This document shows positions 45,226-54,471 of a stretch of DNA of 64,000 bases, piece after piece. The stretch comes from Bacillales bacterium UBA4855. GTDB lineage: Bacteria; Bacillota_I; Bacilli_A; RFN20; CAG-826. Made by a program: the position numbers and the translations under genes. Location of the stretch: the NCBI GenBank assembly GCA_002399785.1, contig DHEH01000002.1:33265-97264 (forward strand), read 5' to 3'. The first letter of the stretch is position 1. Every line of letters begins with the position of its first letter. The notes beneath the pieces were generated by a model. That model was not told where the DNA came from and searched no databases. It saw nothing but the letters and a program-made list of their open reading frames with translations.

Positions 45226-48200
45226 ATGAAAAACAGAAAAATTTTAATTCTTGCAGCTTGTGTCTTACTCGGCACTACTGCTGCCACAACATTAATTGGA
45301 TGTGACAATAACACTGATGTTATCGTTGATGAAAAAGTTTTAACTTTCTCAACCAAAACTGAGACTATGAAAAAAGGTGGAGAATTCCTTTTCGGAGTTC
45401 TTGCCGGTGGTAAAACTATCGAAGGAGTTGCTTTTGCTTCTAGTAATAAAGCAGTTATCCTTATTGATTCAGCTAACGGAACTGCTAACGCAATCGGCGC
45501 TGGTGTTTCTAAAATTACTGCCTCTGTTGAAGGTTACGCAACCATTTCAGTTACAGTTGTTGTCACAGACGACTCTTTAAAAACCATGATCATTGGTGGA
45601 GAAACCACTGTTGAAGCTGGCAAATCAATCTTACTTACTGCTAGTGAAAACGGAACAGAAATCACCTCCGGATTAACATGGAGTTCAGAAAATACCAATA
45701 TCGCCATTGTTTTAGCAACAGGCGCTGTTAAAGGTATTAAAGAAGGCTCAACAAAAATTTGGGTTAGTAAAGATGGCTTCAATCCTGCTACTACCACAAT
45801 TACAGTTACTAAAGGTGATGCTGCAGAAGTCGATACTTTCTCCATTACATTTAAGAAAACTGTCGGTGTTACATTTAATGCTGATAAGCAAAACGCCAAA
45901 GAAGGCGATACAGTATCATTTACAATTACTAAAGCAACTGGTATTACCATTGATGAAGTAACAATGAACGACACAGTTCTTACTCCTGATGCAAGTGAAA
46001 AATATACTTTCACAATGCCTAAAAAAGACGTTATTATCAGAGCTTCTGTCACAATTGATAGCGATGTCGCTGTCGTTGGCGATTTAGCTTTTGCTCTTGT
46101 TGAAAATGAAGATCACATCTTTGAATCTGAAGAGATTTCAGTTGTTAACGACAGCGATTTAACATTTGCAATCAAACAAGCAGATGATTCAACTCGCACT
46201 TTATGGCTTCAAGATATGGATTATGCAAGATGTTTTGCTACAATCCAAATTGCTGATGGCGATGCTGCCTTTACACTTGCCGGAGGATTTAAATATAAAT
46301 TCTTCTACGATGCATCTACTAATAACTCTTTCATTAAGAGAACTCAAGTTATTACAACTCCAAACAACGAAGTTGCATTAAGTTCACTTCTTGATGCTGG
46401 AAAATTTAGATATAGATATGGTTTATATAAAGATGATGTGAGGAGTGTCAATTATGAATCTACAGGAACTGATACTGAATCAATCAAGTACACCTGGAAT
46501 AAATATAAGGATAATGTCACTATTGCAACTGCAACTGAACCAGTTACTAATTTAGCAAAAGGTGTCGAATACAAGGCAATTAATGGTGATGTATTAACTT
46601 ATATTGATTCATATAATAATGCTAAATTCGATACTACTAATAACGAAGATACTACTGCCAAGAGCGGTAAATATAAAGTTGTTGCTTCTAAGAGTTCAGA
46701 TGATCCAGATAGAGCCTATAAAGTCACTACAAGTGATGCCACGGCTCTTGTTAACAACGGATTTGCTCACGATGGATTAGCAATCGAAAACTTAATTTAT
46801 GATTCATACCGCAGCGGATTCTCAGTCGGCGACGATGAATGGGTTGGCCACATTCTTCAATCTGGTAGCCGTGATATTAAATCAGTCTCAAATGCTGATG
46901 GATCATTCACTACTACTTTGATTTCAAACAAAACTTATAACGATTCAACAAATAGTTATTATGCTCACTTTGAATATAAAGCTGTTATTACCTTTAATAA
47001 AGATGGTTCAATTTCAAGCGGAATATACAACGAACAAAGTTTTGATCAAACTGCTTATGATACTGCAAATGACAAATGGTTAATTGGCGGAAAAGATAAA
47101 GGAACAACTTTAAAAGATCTTAAATTCTCCTTTGCTTATTCTACCGAATTAGAAGCTGCTCCAGCTTTCGATATTACTCCTTACTTTATTCAATCTATTG
47201 ATAGCGCAACAATTAACAACAGCAAAGTCAATACTGATGATTCAAAGAATATTTTACAAAAAGGAAACGTCATTAATGACTATTTAGCTATTAATACATT
47301 CACTCCTTCCACAGCCTTAGATGCTTGGCAATACACCGTCACTGCTACAAGCGATGAATCTATTGTTAAATATTTAGATACCTATAGAAGATGGCAAGTT
47401 GTCGGATTTGGTAATGTTGACTTAACATTAGGAAACCACGTCGATACTGTTGTCACGAAAGTTGTTAGTGTTGAAGTTCCAAATACTGTCGGTGTTAGAA
47501 ATGTCTACTTTGATGCCGGTTTATCAAGTTACTTTGATGGGATTGAATGCACAACTGCTCAAGCTGTTACAATTTATGCTGGTAGAAAAACTAACTCAAT
47601 CTTAAGAGTTTCTCCAACATCTGCTGATGACACTCAACTTCACTTCGAAATAAGTGATCCAAGTTTACTTAGTGTTGACTACAATGCTGAAACTAACAAA
47701 TTTATTCTTGATGCAACTAATGCAGTTGTCACCAAAAATACTGTTGTTACAATAAAAGTCACTGCCGATAACTGGGATACTGAATACGGAACCGGTGTTG
47801 TCACCTTATCAATTACTCTTGTTCCTGCACCAACCGTCACTGTTGAAAAAGTTGCTGGTACATGGACTGGAACATACAGCGGAACAAACAATGCTTCTCA
47901 ATATAACCTTACTATGTCTAGTACTGAAACTAAAACAATTGGTGATGTTGTATATAATAAAGGTAAAATAGTTGTCACTGGCTCATATTCTGGTACATTA
48001 GAATTTGGTTGGAAAGTTGAAAATGGAGAACTAAAATTCAAGAGCCCTGATTATTTAGAATTTATCGATCTTGATTATGATGAATCAACAGGCAAGTTAG
48101 GAATGTTCTGGATGACAGAACCTGGAATGAGCGAAAGCGAAGAATCTGTCACAACAGTTCATATTGGATATTACGACGAAGGTGATGAAGATACTCAAGC

Positions 48201-48237
48201 TTCTTATGGATATTTTGATTTAACAAAGTCTGCCTAA
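45226..48237 (+). CDS. Giant surface lipoprotein (1003 aa): two Big_2-type domains, one B-repeat-like module, large unknown region
   Basis: The lipobox is LIGC. Big_2-like stretches are VAFASSNKAVILIDSANGTANAIGAGVSKITASV and LTWSSENTNIAIVLATGAVKGIKEGSTKIWVS. The module reads FSITFKKTVGVTFNADKQNAKEGDTVSFTITKATG..YTFTMPKKDVIIRASV. Confidence 0.85.
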   Translation: MKNRKILILAACVLLGTTAATTLIGCDNNTDVIVDEKVLTFSTKTETMKKGGEFLFGVLAGGKTIEGVAFASSNKAVILIDSANGTANAIGAGVSKITASVEGYATISVTVVVTDDSLKTMIIGGETTVEAGKSILLTASENGTEITSGLTWSSENTNIAIVLATGAVKGIKEGSTKIWVSKDGFNPATTTITVTKGDAAEVDTFSITFKKTVGVTFNADKQNAKEGDTVSFTITKATGITIDEVTMNDTVLTPDASEKYTFTMPKKDVIIRASVTIDSDVAVVGDLAFALVENEDHIFESEEISVVNDSDLTFAIKQADDSTRTLWLQDMDYARCFATIQIADGDAAFTLAGGFKYKFFYDASTNNSFIKRTQVITTPNNEVALSSLLDAGKFRYRYGLYKDDVRSVNYESTGTDTESIKYTWNKYKDNVTIATATEPVTNLAKGVEYKAINGDVLTYIDSYNNAKFDTTNNEDTTAKSGKYKVVASKSSDDPDRAYKVTTSDATALVNNGFAHDGLAIENLIYDSYRSGFSVGDDEWVGHILQSGSRDIKSVSNADGSFTTTLISNKTYNDSTNSYYAHFEYKAVITFNKDGSISSGIYNEQSFDQTAYDTANDKWLIGGKDKGTTLKDLKFSFAYSTELEAAPAFDITPYFIQSIDSATINNSKVNTDDSKNILQKGNVINDYLAINTFTPSTALDAWQYTVTATSDESIVKYLDTYRRWQVVGFGNVDLTLGNHVDTVVTKVVSVEVPNTVGVRNVYFDAGLSSYFDGIECTTAQAVTIYAGRKTNSILRVSPTSADDTQLHFEISDPSLLSVDYNAETNKFILDATNAVVTKNTVVTIKVTADNWDTEYGTGVVTLSITLVPAPTVTVEKVAGTWTGTYSGTNNASQYNLTMSSTETKTIGDVVYNKGKIVVTGSYSGTLEFGWKVENGELKFKSPDYLEFIDLDYDESTGKLGMFWMTEPGMSESEESVTTVHIGYYDEGDEDTQASYGYFDLTKSA

Positions 48238-48257
48238 TTAATAATTTATATTCATAC

Positions 48258-48293
48258 AAAAAGCGCTATTGAATCGATTCAATAGCGCTTTTA
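48258..48293. terminator. Bidirectional terminator between convergent genes
   Basis: A near-perfect palindrome AAAAAGCGCTATTGAATC|GATTCAATAGCGCTTTT is centred at 48275/48276. It lies between the stops at 48237 (+) and 48328 (-). Confidence 0.8.
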
Positions 48294-48327
48294 TATTGTT
48301 TAATAATTAAGATAAGAACGTACCTAT

Positions 48328-49815
48328 TTAAACGTTTTCAGGATATAAAACATCAAGCAAAGATTCAATAGCGGTAACTTTTGTGGTTGCACTTCCAAAT
48401 CCAGTATAAGAAGCTAAGAATGCATTGCCATCGTTTAAAATAGTTCCTAAAGTGACAGTAGAATCTTCATCTTTTGTTTTTATATCCGGAATTATACAAC
48501 CTGCAACAATGTTATCAGTTGTATAACTTGTTCCTAAACTATTGGCATAAACAACTTTTAAATCTTTTGTCATCGTATCATCAAAATTCATATAACCTTT
48601 ATTCATGTTCTTGAATATTTCAGATTCATCTTCGAAACCATATAAATTTGACCAGAACGAGAAAATTGATAAATATGCATGTCCAGTTACTAAATATGAT
48701 GAAGCAATTAAATAATTAACTGCATTGGAATCATTAATCTTTGTTGCATCGAACATTTGTGCGCTACTCCATTCAGCAGTTGTTGAATTAGCATTAGGAG
48801 AAGTTGTTCCGTCTGCATTTATTGTTATCATATAAATATTTGTTGGAATTGTTTTGTGACCAACAATTACAGCGCAATAGAAATCTTCATAATTCTTAGT
48901 TGTGGTCGTTCCGTCTTCATTTTTGACTTCATGCGTTTTGGTATTATCATAATAATCAATACCAAAATATCCATCTAAGTTATAAATTACCTTATCGTGA
49001 TTTGCATCAGTAGCTTTTGTTGTAACATTTACTTCAATGTAATTGTTTTTTTGTGATAATTCTTTAGCTTTAAGCAATTTATCAGGATAAGCTTTTGGAG
49101 CGGTTCCGTCTTCGATAAATGTTTTAGCATCAACTAAATCATCGCCACCATCAACGTTAGTAACGGATATTAAAATATCTTCGGCTTCATCAAGATCAAT
49201 AGTTAACAATAAATCTAAAGTGTCATTTGTTGATAAAGTTGCGGAATTAATTGTATAAGTTTCTTTAATGGAACTGGTAGATAAATAAACAGGCTTTAAG
49301 AAGGTATCTAAAATTGTCACATCACTCTTAATGTCGGAATCAAGAGAATAACTAGCTGAAGTTTCATCTAGGCTTGATGGAATTGCAAAATTCTTTAAGC
49401 CAATGGTAACTTTATCGCTGCCAGTAACAGTTTTATCATTATCGATAACATATCCTGCCACAAATTGTTCTTCATCATTTTTTTGAGTATATGAATATTC
49501 CAAAACTCCCTTAGCATGGTTTAAATAACCAAAATGAGCAATCTTAGTATTGTCTTCAATATTTCTTACACTTTTTTCAATAGCGTAACTTCTAGAATTA
49601 ACGATAGAATCAATTCCTGAAGCATATGTTGTATTATTTAGTTTCAAAGTAAAGCCAACATGTCCGTTATAATCATAACTATTTGCTTTTACAAATTTAT
49701 TAATAGCCGCCGTTAAAGTGGCTTTATTGTCATCAACTGGTGTTGTATTACCATTACAAGAAGACAAAACAAATGTTGATGCAATAAGTAAAATACCTAA
49801 ATTCTTTTTATTCAT
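48328..49815 (-). CDS. Lipoprotein of unknown function (paralogous pair, member B)
   Basis: The ORF track uses GTG 49824. ATG 49815, 5 nt after AGGTGA, gives MNKKNLGILLIASTFVLSSCNG (lipobox LSSC). The upstream gene stops at 49825. Confidence 0.8.
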   Translation of the reverse strand: MNKKNLGILLIASTFVLSSCNGNTTPVDDNKATLTAAINKFVKANSYDYNGHVGFTLKLNNTTYASGIDSIVNSRSYAIEKSVRNIEDNTKIAHFGYLNHAKGVLEYSYTQKNDEEQFVAGYVIDNDKTVTGSDKVTIGLKNFAIPSSLDETSASYSLDSDIKSDVTILDTFLKPVYLSTSSIKETYTINSATLSTNDTLDLLLTIDLDEAEDILISVTNVDGGDDLVDAKTFIEDGTAPKAYPDKLLKAKELSQKNNYIEVNVTTKATDANHDKVIYNLDGYFGIDYYDNTKTHEVKNEDGTTTTKNYEDFYCAVIVGHKTIPTNIYMITINADGTTSPNANSTTAEWSSAQMFDATKINDSNAVNYLIASSYLVTGHAYLSIFSFWSNLYGFEDESEIFKNMNKGYMNFDDTMTKDLKVVYANSLGTSYTTDNIVAGCIIPDIKTKDEDSTVTLGTILNDGNAFLASYTGFGSATTKVTAIESLLDVLYPENV

Positions 49816-49824
49816 CATGATCAC

Positions 49825-51132
49825 CTAATTTACATTGCCTTTCGCAATGAATTCATCAACTAAAGCAATTTTTGACCCACCAAAATTTGTGAATTCAAAT
49901 CCCATATAACTATAAATCCCGTTGACATTCATAAATACTTTAAAAGTTACTTTACTTAATTTATCGTCGTCATTTAATTCATAATTAAAACCACTACCAA
50001 TTAATTGAACGGTATAAGAAGAATCGAAAGCATTAGCTATACCAAAGTTATTATACATGTTATAGGAAAGAAGATAATCGTCAGTAAAATAAACGTTGTC
50101 AGTTTCGTTATAATCATAATATTCAAAATAATTAAATAAATCTAAATTTGATGGATAATTCATGAACCATACTATGTCTGTACTAGTTGTATCAGCAGCT
50201 GTGTGTCCTAAATATGGAAAAACAGCTCCTTCCCTAATCCGATACATATAAATGCCATTTGTAACTTTTTTAGATTCATAAGTTTTATCAACTAAAGATA
50301 CATATCCCTTGTTATAATACATGGCATTTGTTGGTTCTAAAGTTGCGTCATAACCCAAATAATAATATTGATCAGTAAAAGTTTCGGTACCTACTAATGT
50401 TGTTCCAGCATTATCGTAAATATTTCTAGTAAAATTATTTCCTGAAAAAAGTGTTTTAACTTTCTTAAATTCATCGCTAGGAACATATTCTTTTCCACCT
50501 TGATCAACAAAAGTTTTTACTTTTTTTGACGAAGTAGTTCCAACATCTTTAACATCTAAAGCAATATATTTTGCTTCGACATTTTCTTCGGTTAAATAAT
50601 TCAATCTAAAAGATAAAAGAGATTCAGCAGGCTCAAATGTAGCGACAAGCGTATCAATTTTAAGCAAATTAGTAACATCTGCTCCAACTAAATTTAAGAA
50701 AGCAATACGATTTGATTTGCTTCTTATCGAAACTTCATTTGTTGAATCAACCTCTGTTAAATCAAAAGATTCAAATGTAGTAAAAAGGCTTGAATCATAG
50801 ATGTTTTCAACTACTTTACTATCTTTATCAACCAACAATTCTCCACTACGAATTTGATTGGATGAATCAACAGTAATTCCATAAACACCATCTGACCCTT
50901 TAATATAGCCATTTGAATAAAGTTCATTCAAATAACTATTTTCTTCAAAATAAATATTTCCTTTGTCACCATAAAAAGTATCTTTTACTTCTAATGTAAA
51001 ATTCTTTTGTTTAGCTAATTGTGTCATCGCAGTAATGACGTTTGTTGGTTTATATTCGACTACAACAGTTGTATTGCAACTTGTAAGTCCTAAAACCATA
51101 ATTCCTGATAATAAAAATAAACTTTTTCTCAT
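49825..51132 (-). CDS. Lipoprotein of unknown function (paralogous pair, member A)
   Basis: SD AGGAG lies upstream. The N-terminus is MRKSLFLLSGIMVLGLTSCNT (lipobox LTSC). It shares blocks with 48328-49815, for example KVKTFVDQGGKEYVPSDEFKKVKTL versus DAKTFIEDGTAPKAYPDKLLKAKEL. Confidence 0.8.
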   Translation of the reverse strand: MRKSLFLLSGIMVLGLTSCNTTVVVEYKPTNVITAMTQLAKQKNFTLEVKDTFYGDKGNIYFEENSYLNELYSNGYIKGSDGVYGITVDSSNQIRSGELLVDKDSKVVENIYDSSLFTTFESFDLTEVDSTNEVSIRSKSNRIAFLNLVGADVTNLLKIDTLVATFEPAESLLSFRLNYLTEENVEAKYIALDVKDVGTTSSKKVKTFVDQGGKEYVPSDEFKKVKTLFSGNNFTRNIYDNAGTTLVGTETFTDQYYYLGYDATLEPTNAMYYNKGYVSLVDKTYESKKVTNGIYMYRIREGAVFPYLGHTAADTTSTDIVWFMNYPSNLDLFNYFEYYDYNETDNVYFTDDYLLSYNMYNNFGIANAFDSSYTVQLIGSGFNYELNDDDKLSKVTFKVFMNVNGIYSYMGFEFTNFGGSKIALVDEFIAKGNVN

Positions 51133-51193
51133 AAAAAACTCCTAAATCAATGCTCTTATATTGTAAAGCATTTATAATATTTGTAAACAAATA

Positions 51194-52906
51194 TTAGAAA
51201 TCTATCTTAAGTGTGGCTTCGGTTTCAGTAATGTCAATTACTTCAACACTAAAATCTACGATGTTATCTGCACTTTCGCCCATTAAATATTTATTCAATT
51301 TAGATGAATTAGAAGGCATCAATTCTTTATAAACGCTATCATTATTCAAACTAAATTTTTCGCCTTTAAAGAAAAGCGCTTCATCACTTTTTTTATACCA
51401 ATTTTCTAATGGATTTGAATTGGCCGAACCATAATTTTTATTCATGATGTTAGCAAAATAAAGGGGATTGGCCAAGAATTTTGGATTATTTGAAGGTGTA
51501 TTAGTTAAATAATTCTTAGTAATTTTGTTTGTGTCATCACTAGAAATTGTCTTTCTACTTTCTGATATATACGCGCCTCTATTATCAGCATGAGTAATTC
51601 TGATTCCAGGTTTTGAATAGCCTTGAATTTCAGACACTCCATGAAATACATTTAAATAGTCTTTTTCATTTAAATTAGTAGGAGTAATAAATTCTATTGT
51701 GAAATATTCATCAAATGCAAAATCTATAAAATTTTTACTACCAACTAAAATAAATGACCCATCGTTTTCAAATGGTTTTAATGTGATGGTTTTGCTTTCT
51801 CTTACCACCGTTGGTTTTACCCAACCTAATGCATATTTTGATAATGCATTATGATCGCCAATATTATAATCCATCATATCAACATCACCCATTGGTGAAC
51901 AATCATAATTGTATGAATAATAGTCCAATAATCCTAGCAAATGTCCTGTCTCATGGATAAATGTATGAGCATCAACACCACTTGTTCCGTATCCATAATC
52001 CATAAAATCATAAGTAATATTACTGAAATTACACACTTTAGGATCTAAGATATTTGCAAGTTGATAGTTTGGGATATTCCGATATGTAAAAGCCCAATAC
52101 ATAGAAGCAAATCTACTATCATAAGAGTTTTTTGTGTAATTAGGAGCACTAGAAATAACCCAAATTGCATCAATTAAGCCATCTTTATCATTATCAAATT
52201 TTGTCGCATCATCTTTATATGTGGTCTTATAATATTCCAAACAACTGTTTGTAATATAATTAATTCCAATATCATTTTGTGATTTATCGTTCTCCAAATA
52301 AATGTCCATTGGACTCATTTTAGTGTCAAACCAATCAGTAACTGTAAAATTGATATTAAGTTTATTATAACTACTTTTTTTATAAAAACTACTTACAGAT
52401 TCATAGTTCGTATTTGTAGAATCCCCTGCAAATGTCCTCTTAATTCGATCTAAATTTGTTTGTGAAGCGTTTGCTTCGAATCCCTTAACAATATAAGGAA
52501 CAACCAAAACATTTAAGTCGCCTGTAGTTTGTAAAGTGGGCAAAGAAGCATTTTTTCCAAGATCATAATATGTAAAATCTTCCTTTTTAATATTGCGATC
52601 TTCTTTAGATAAAACACTAATATTAATATCGGTTGATTTTTGATTTTTTTCATCAGTTATTGTAAAAACATAATTTCCTTTATCATTTAAAACAGAACCA
52701 TCAGGAAACTCTTCATGGTCTAGCTCAATTTTTAAATTGTCGCTACCGTTTTTAATATCAAAATCATCTAAGCGAAAGAAATCCCCTACATGATATGTTT
52801 TATCAGTTTTTGGAGTAATAATTAAATTATTGTTTGCACACGAAACAAAAGAAGCGCTTATTGGCACTAAAAGCAAAATCCCTAGTAAAGATACCTTCTT
52901 TTTCAT
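51194..52906 (-). CDS. Lipoprotein metalloprotease, M6 (immune inhibitor A)-like, second copy
   Basis: ATG 52906 gives MKKKVSLLGILLLVPISASFVSCANN (lipobox FVSC). The zinc site reads HTFIHETGHLLGLLDYYSY, followed by GDVDMMDYNIGDHNALSKYALGWVKP. It is collinear with 25999-27978. Confidence 0.78.
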   Translation of the reverse strand: MKKKVSLLGILLLVPISASFVSCANNNLIITPKTDKTYHVGDFFRLDDFDIKNGSDNLKIELDHEEFPDGSVLNDKGNYVFTITDEKNQKSTDINISVLSKEDRNIKKEDFTYYDLGKNASLPTLQTTGDLNVLVVPYIVKGFEANASQTNLDRIKRTFAGDSTNTNYESVSSFYKKSSYNKLNINFTVTDWFDTKMSPMDIYLENDKSQNDIGINYITNSCLEYYKTTYKDDATKFDNDKDGLIDAIWVISSAPNYTKNSYDSRFASMYWAFTYRNIPNYQLANILDPKVCNFSNITYDFMDYGYGTSGVDAHTFIHETGHLLGLLDYYSYNYDCSPMGDVDMMDYNIGDHNALSKYALGWVKPTVVRESKTITLKPFENDGSFILVGSKNFIDFAFDEYFTIEFITPTNLNEKDYLNVFHGVSEIQGYSKPGIRITHADNRGAYISESRKTISSDDTNKITKNYLTNTPSNNPKFLANPLYFANIMNKNYGSANSNPLENWYKKSDEALFFKGEKFSLNNDSVYKELMPSNSSKLNKYLMGESADNIVDFSVEVIDITETEATLKIDF

Positions 52907-52913
52907 ATTTTTA

Positions 52914-52922
52914 ATTATACCA
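52914..52922 (-). promoter_or_regulatory. Extended -10 element TGgTATAAT located 7 nt upstream of ATG 52906 (would give a leaderless mRNA)
   Basis: The minus strand reads ATGTATGGTATAATTAAAAATATG. There is no SD between this element and the ATG. Confidence 0.35.
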
Positions 52923-52976
52923 TACATATGTAAATTTCTTAAATGTTATGACAACTATTATTAATTTTATTAACTT

Positions 52977-53007
52977 AAATAACGCACCATTATGATGCGT
53001 TATTTTT
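52977..53007. terminator. Hairpin downstream of oppF (probable opp operon terminator)
   Basis: A 10-bp stem AAATAACGCA/TGCGTTATTT (52977-52986 with 52996-53005) has a 9-nt loop. The T run is stronger on the + strand than on the minus strand. Confidence 0.45.
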
Positions 53008-53028
53008 AAAATCTCTTGCCAATCCCCA

Positions 53029-54471
53029 TTATTTTTTATTATTGGCTAAATCTAACTTCTTAATTTCTTCTTGATATTTTATGACTTCAACACTATTAGC
53101 AAGAATAAAATGTCCTGGCAAAATTTCAACAAATTTAGGTTTCTCTTTACTATAATCATGAGCTAATTGAGGATTGTATTGTATTCTAATACGATGCTTT
53201 TCTGTTCTTGGATTTGGTTTAGGAATAGCACTCAATAATGATTTAGTATAAGGGTGTAATGGGTGTTTAAACAACTCATCACTACTAGCTAATTCAACAA
53301 TTTCACCAAAATACATAACAGCAATTCGATCACAAAAATATTTAACTACTGATAAATCATGTGCAATAAAAAGCATAGATAGTTTCATTTCATCTTTTAA
53401 ATCATTCAAAAGATTAATGATTTGAGCTCTAATGGAAACATCAAGAGCACTAATTGGTTCATCGCAAATCAAGAACTTTGGATTCATAACTAAAGCACGA
53501 GCAATTCCAATTCTTTGACGTTGTCCGCCACTAAATTCATGTGGATATCTTCCTGCATATTCAGGAATCAAACCAACCTTCGTTAAAGCTTCACATACTT
53601 TTTCATGATTTTTTGCTTTATTATGAAGACCTTGAATTTGAAGACCTTCACTAATGATAGATTCAACGGTCATACGAGGATCTAGCGAATCAACCGGATC
53701 TTGGAAAATCATTTGTATTTCACGCATTAATTTAGCATTTACATGTTTGTTATCATATTTAATTTGCTTAATTTTTGCATGTTGAATTTTTATAACATTG
53801 TCTCTATAAGTTTCGGCATCTTTTAATTCTTTTTCAAAATCTTCTTTTGAAATTTTATTATCAATAAGTTTTTTAGATAATTCTTTCTTCTTTTTATTAA
53901 ATCTAATTTTTGTAAATTTGATTTCTTTTTCGTTCCATCTATAACCACCGCTTATACGAGTTCCTTTATAATATATGGAGCCGCTAGTGATTTTATAAAG
54001 TCTAATAATAGATCTTCCAGTTGTAGATTTGCCACAACCAGATTCACCAACAAGACCAAAACACTCACCTTGTTTAATTTGAAATGAAACGTCGTGAACT
54101 GCTTTTAGTTTATATTTGCTTTTACCAGCTCCGAATAAAAAGTATTGTTTTAAATGATTAACACTTAAAATAATATTATTATCGACGTATTCTTGTTTAA
54201 ATTTACATTTATGAACAATCTTATTTAAACCTTCTTTAGATAAATCTGTAATATCTTTTTCGGAATCAATTGTATGTTCACCAATTTCATCTTCAGGTGT
54301 ATCTAGAGAGATATTTGCAGTGCTGTCATTAGCTTGTTGAAAAGCACCAATATCTTTTTGTAATAAGCTTCCATCGAGATTTTTATGTAAACGATCTAAA
54401 GAAGAATTATCGATATCATCGTTAACTGGAGTAGATTTCTTTACTTCTTTTTTAATTACTTTTTTAGTCAT
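53029..54471 (-). CDS. oppF: Oligopeptide ABC transporter ATP-binding protein OppF with ~100-aa N-terminal extension and a short K/E-rich insertion
   Basis: Walker A is GESGCGKST and QMIFQDP follows. Then come FSGGQRQRIGIARAL, LICDEPISALD and IAHDL, with a C-terminal oligopeptide-type tail PLHPYTKSLLSAIP. It overlaps oppD by 8 nt. Confidence 0.85.
   Translation of the reverse strand: MTKKVIKKEVKKSTPVNDDIDNSSLDRLHKNLDGSLLQKDIGAFQQANDSTANISLDTPEDEIGEHTIDSEKDITDLSKEGLNKIVHKCKFKQEYVDNNIILSVNHLKQYFLFGAGKSKYKLKAVHDVSFQIKQGECFGLVGESGCGKSTTGRSIIRLYKITSGSIYYKGTRISGGYRWNEKEIKFTKIRFNKKKKELSKKLIDNKISKEDFEKELKDAETYRDNVIKIQHAKIKQIKYDNKHVNAKLMREIQMIFQDPVDSLDPRMTVESIISEGLQIQGLHNKAKNHEKVCEALTKVGLIPEYAGRYPHEFSGGQRQRIGIARALVMNPKFLICDEPISALDVSIRAQIINLLNDLKDEMKLSMLFIAHDLSVVKYFCDRIAVMYFGEIVELASSDELFKHPLHPYTKSLLSAIPKPNPRTEKHRIRIQYNPQLAHDYSKEKPKFVEILPGHFILANSVEVIKYQEEIKKLDLANNKK

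Noticed and set aside
48328-52906. The protease plus lipoprotein trio as a MIB-MIP (mycoplasma immunoglobulin binding protein / protease) system.
   Set aside because: As I recall, MIP is a DUF31-type serine protease. The protease here has an HExxH zinc site of M6 type, and the partners show none of the features I associate with MIB.
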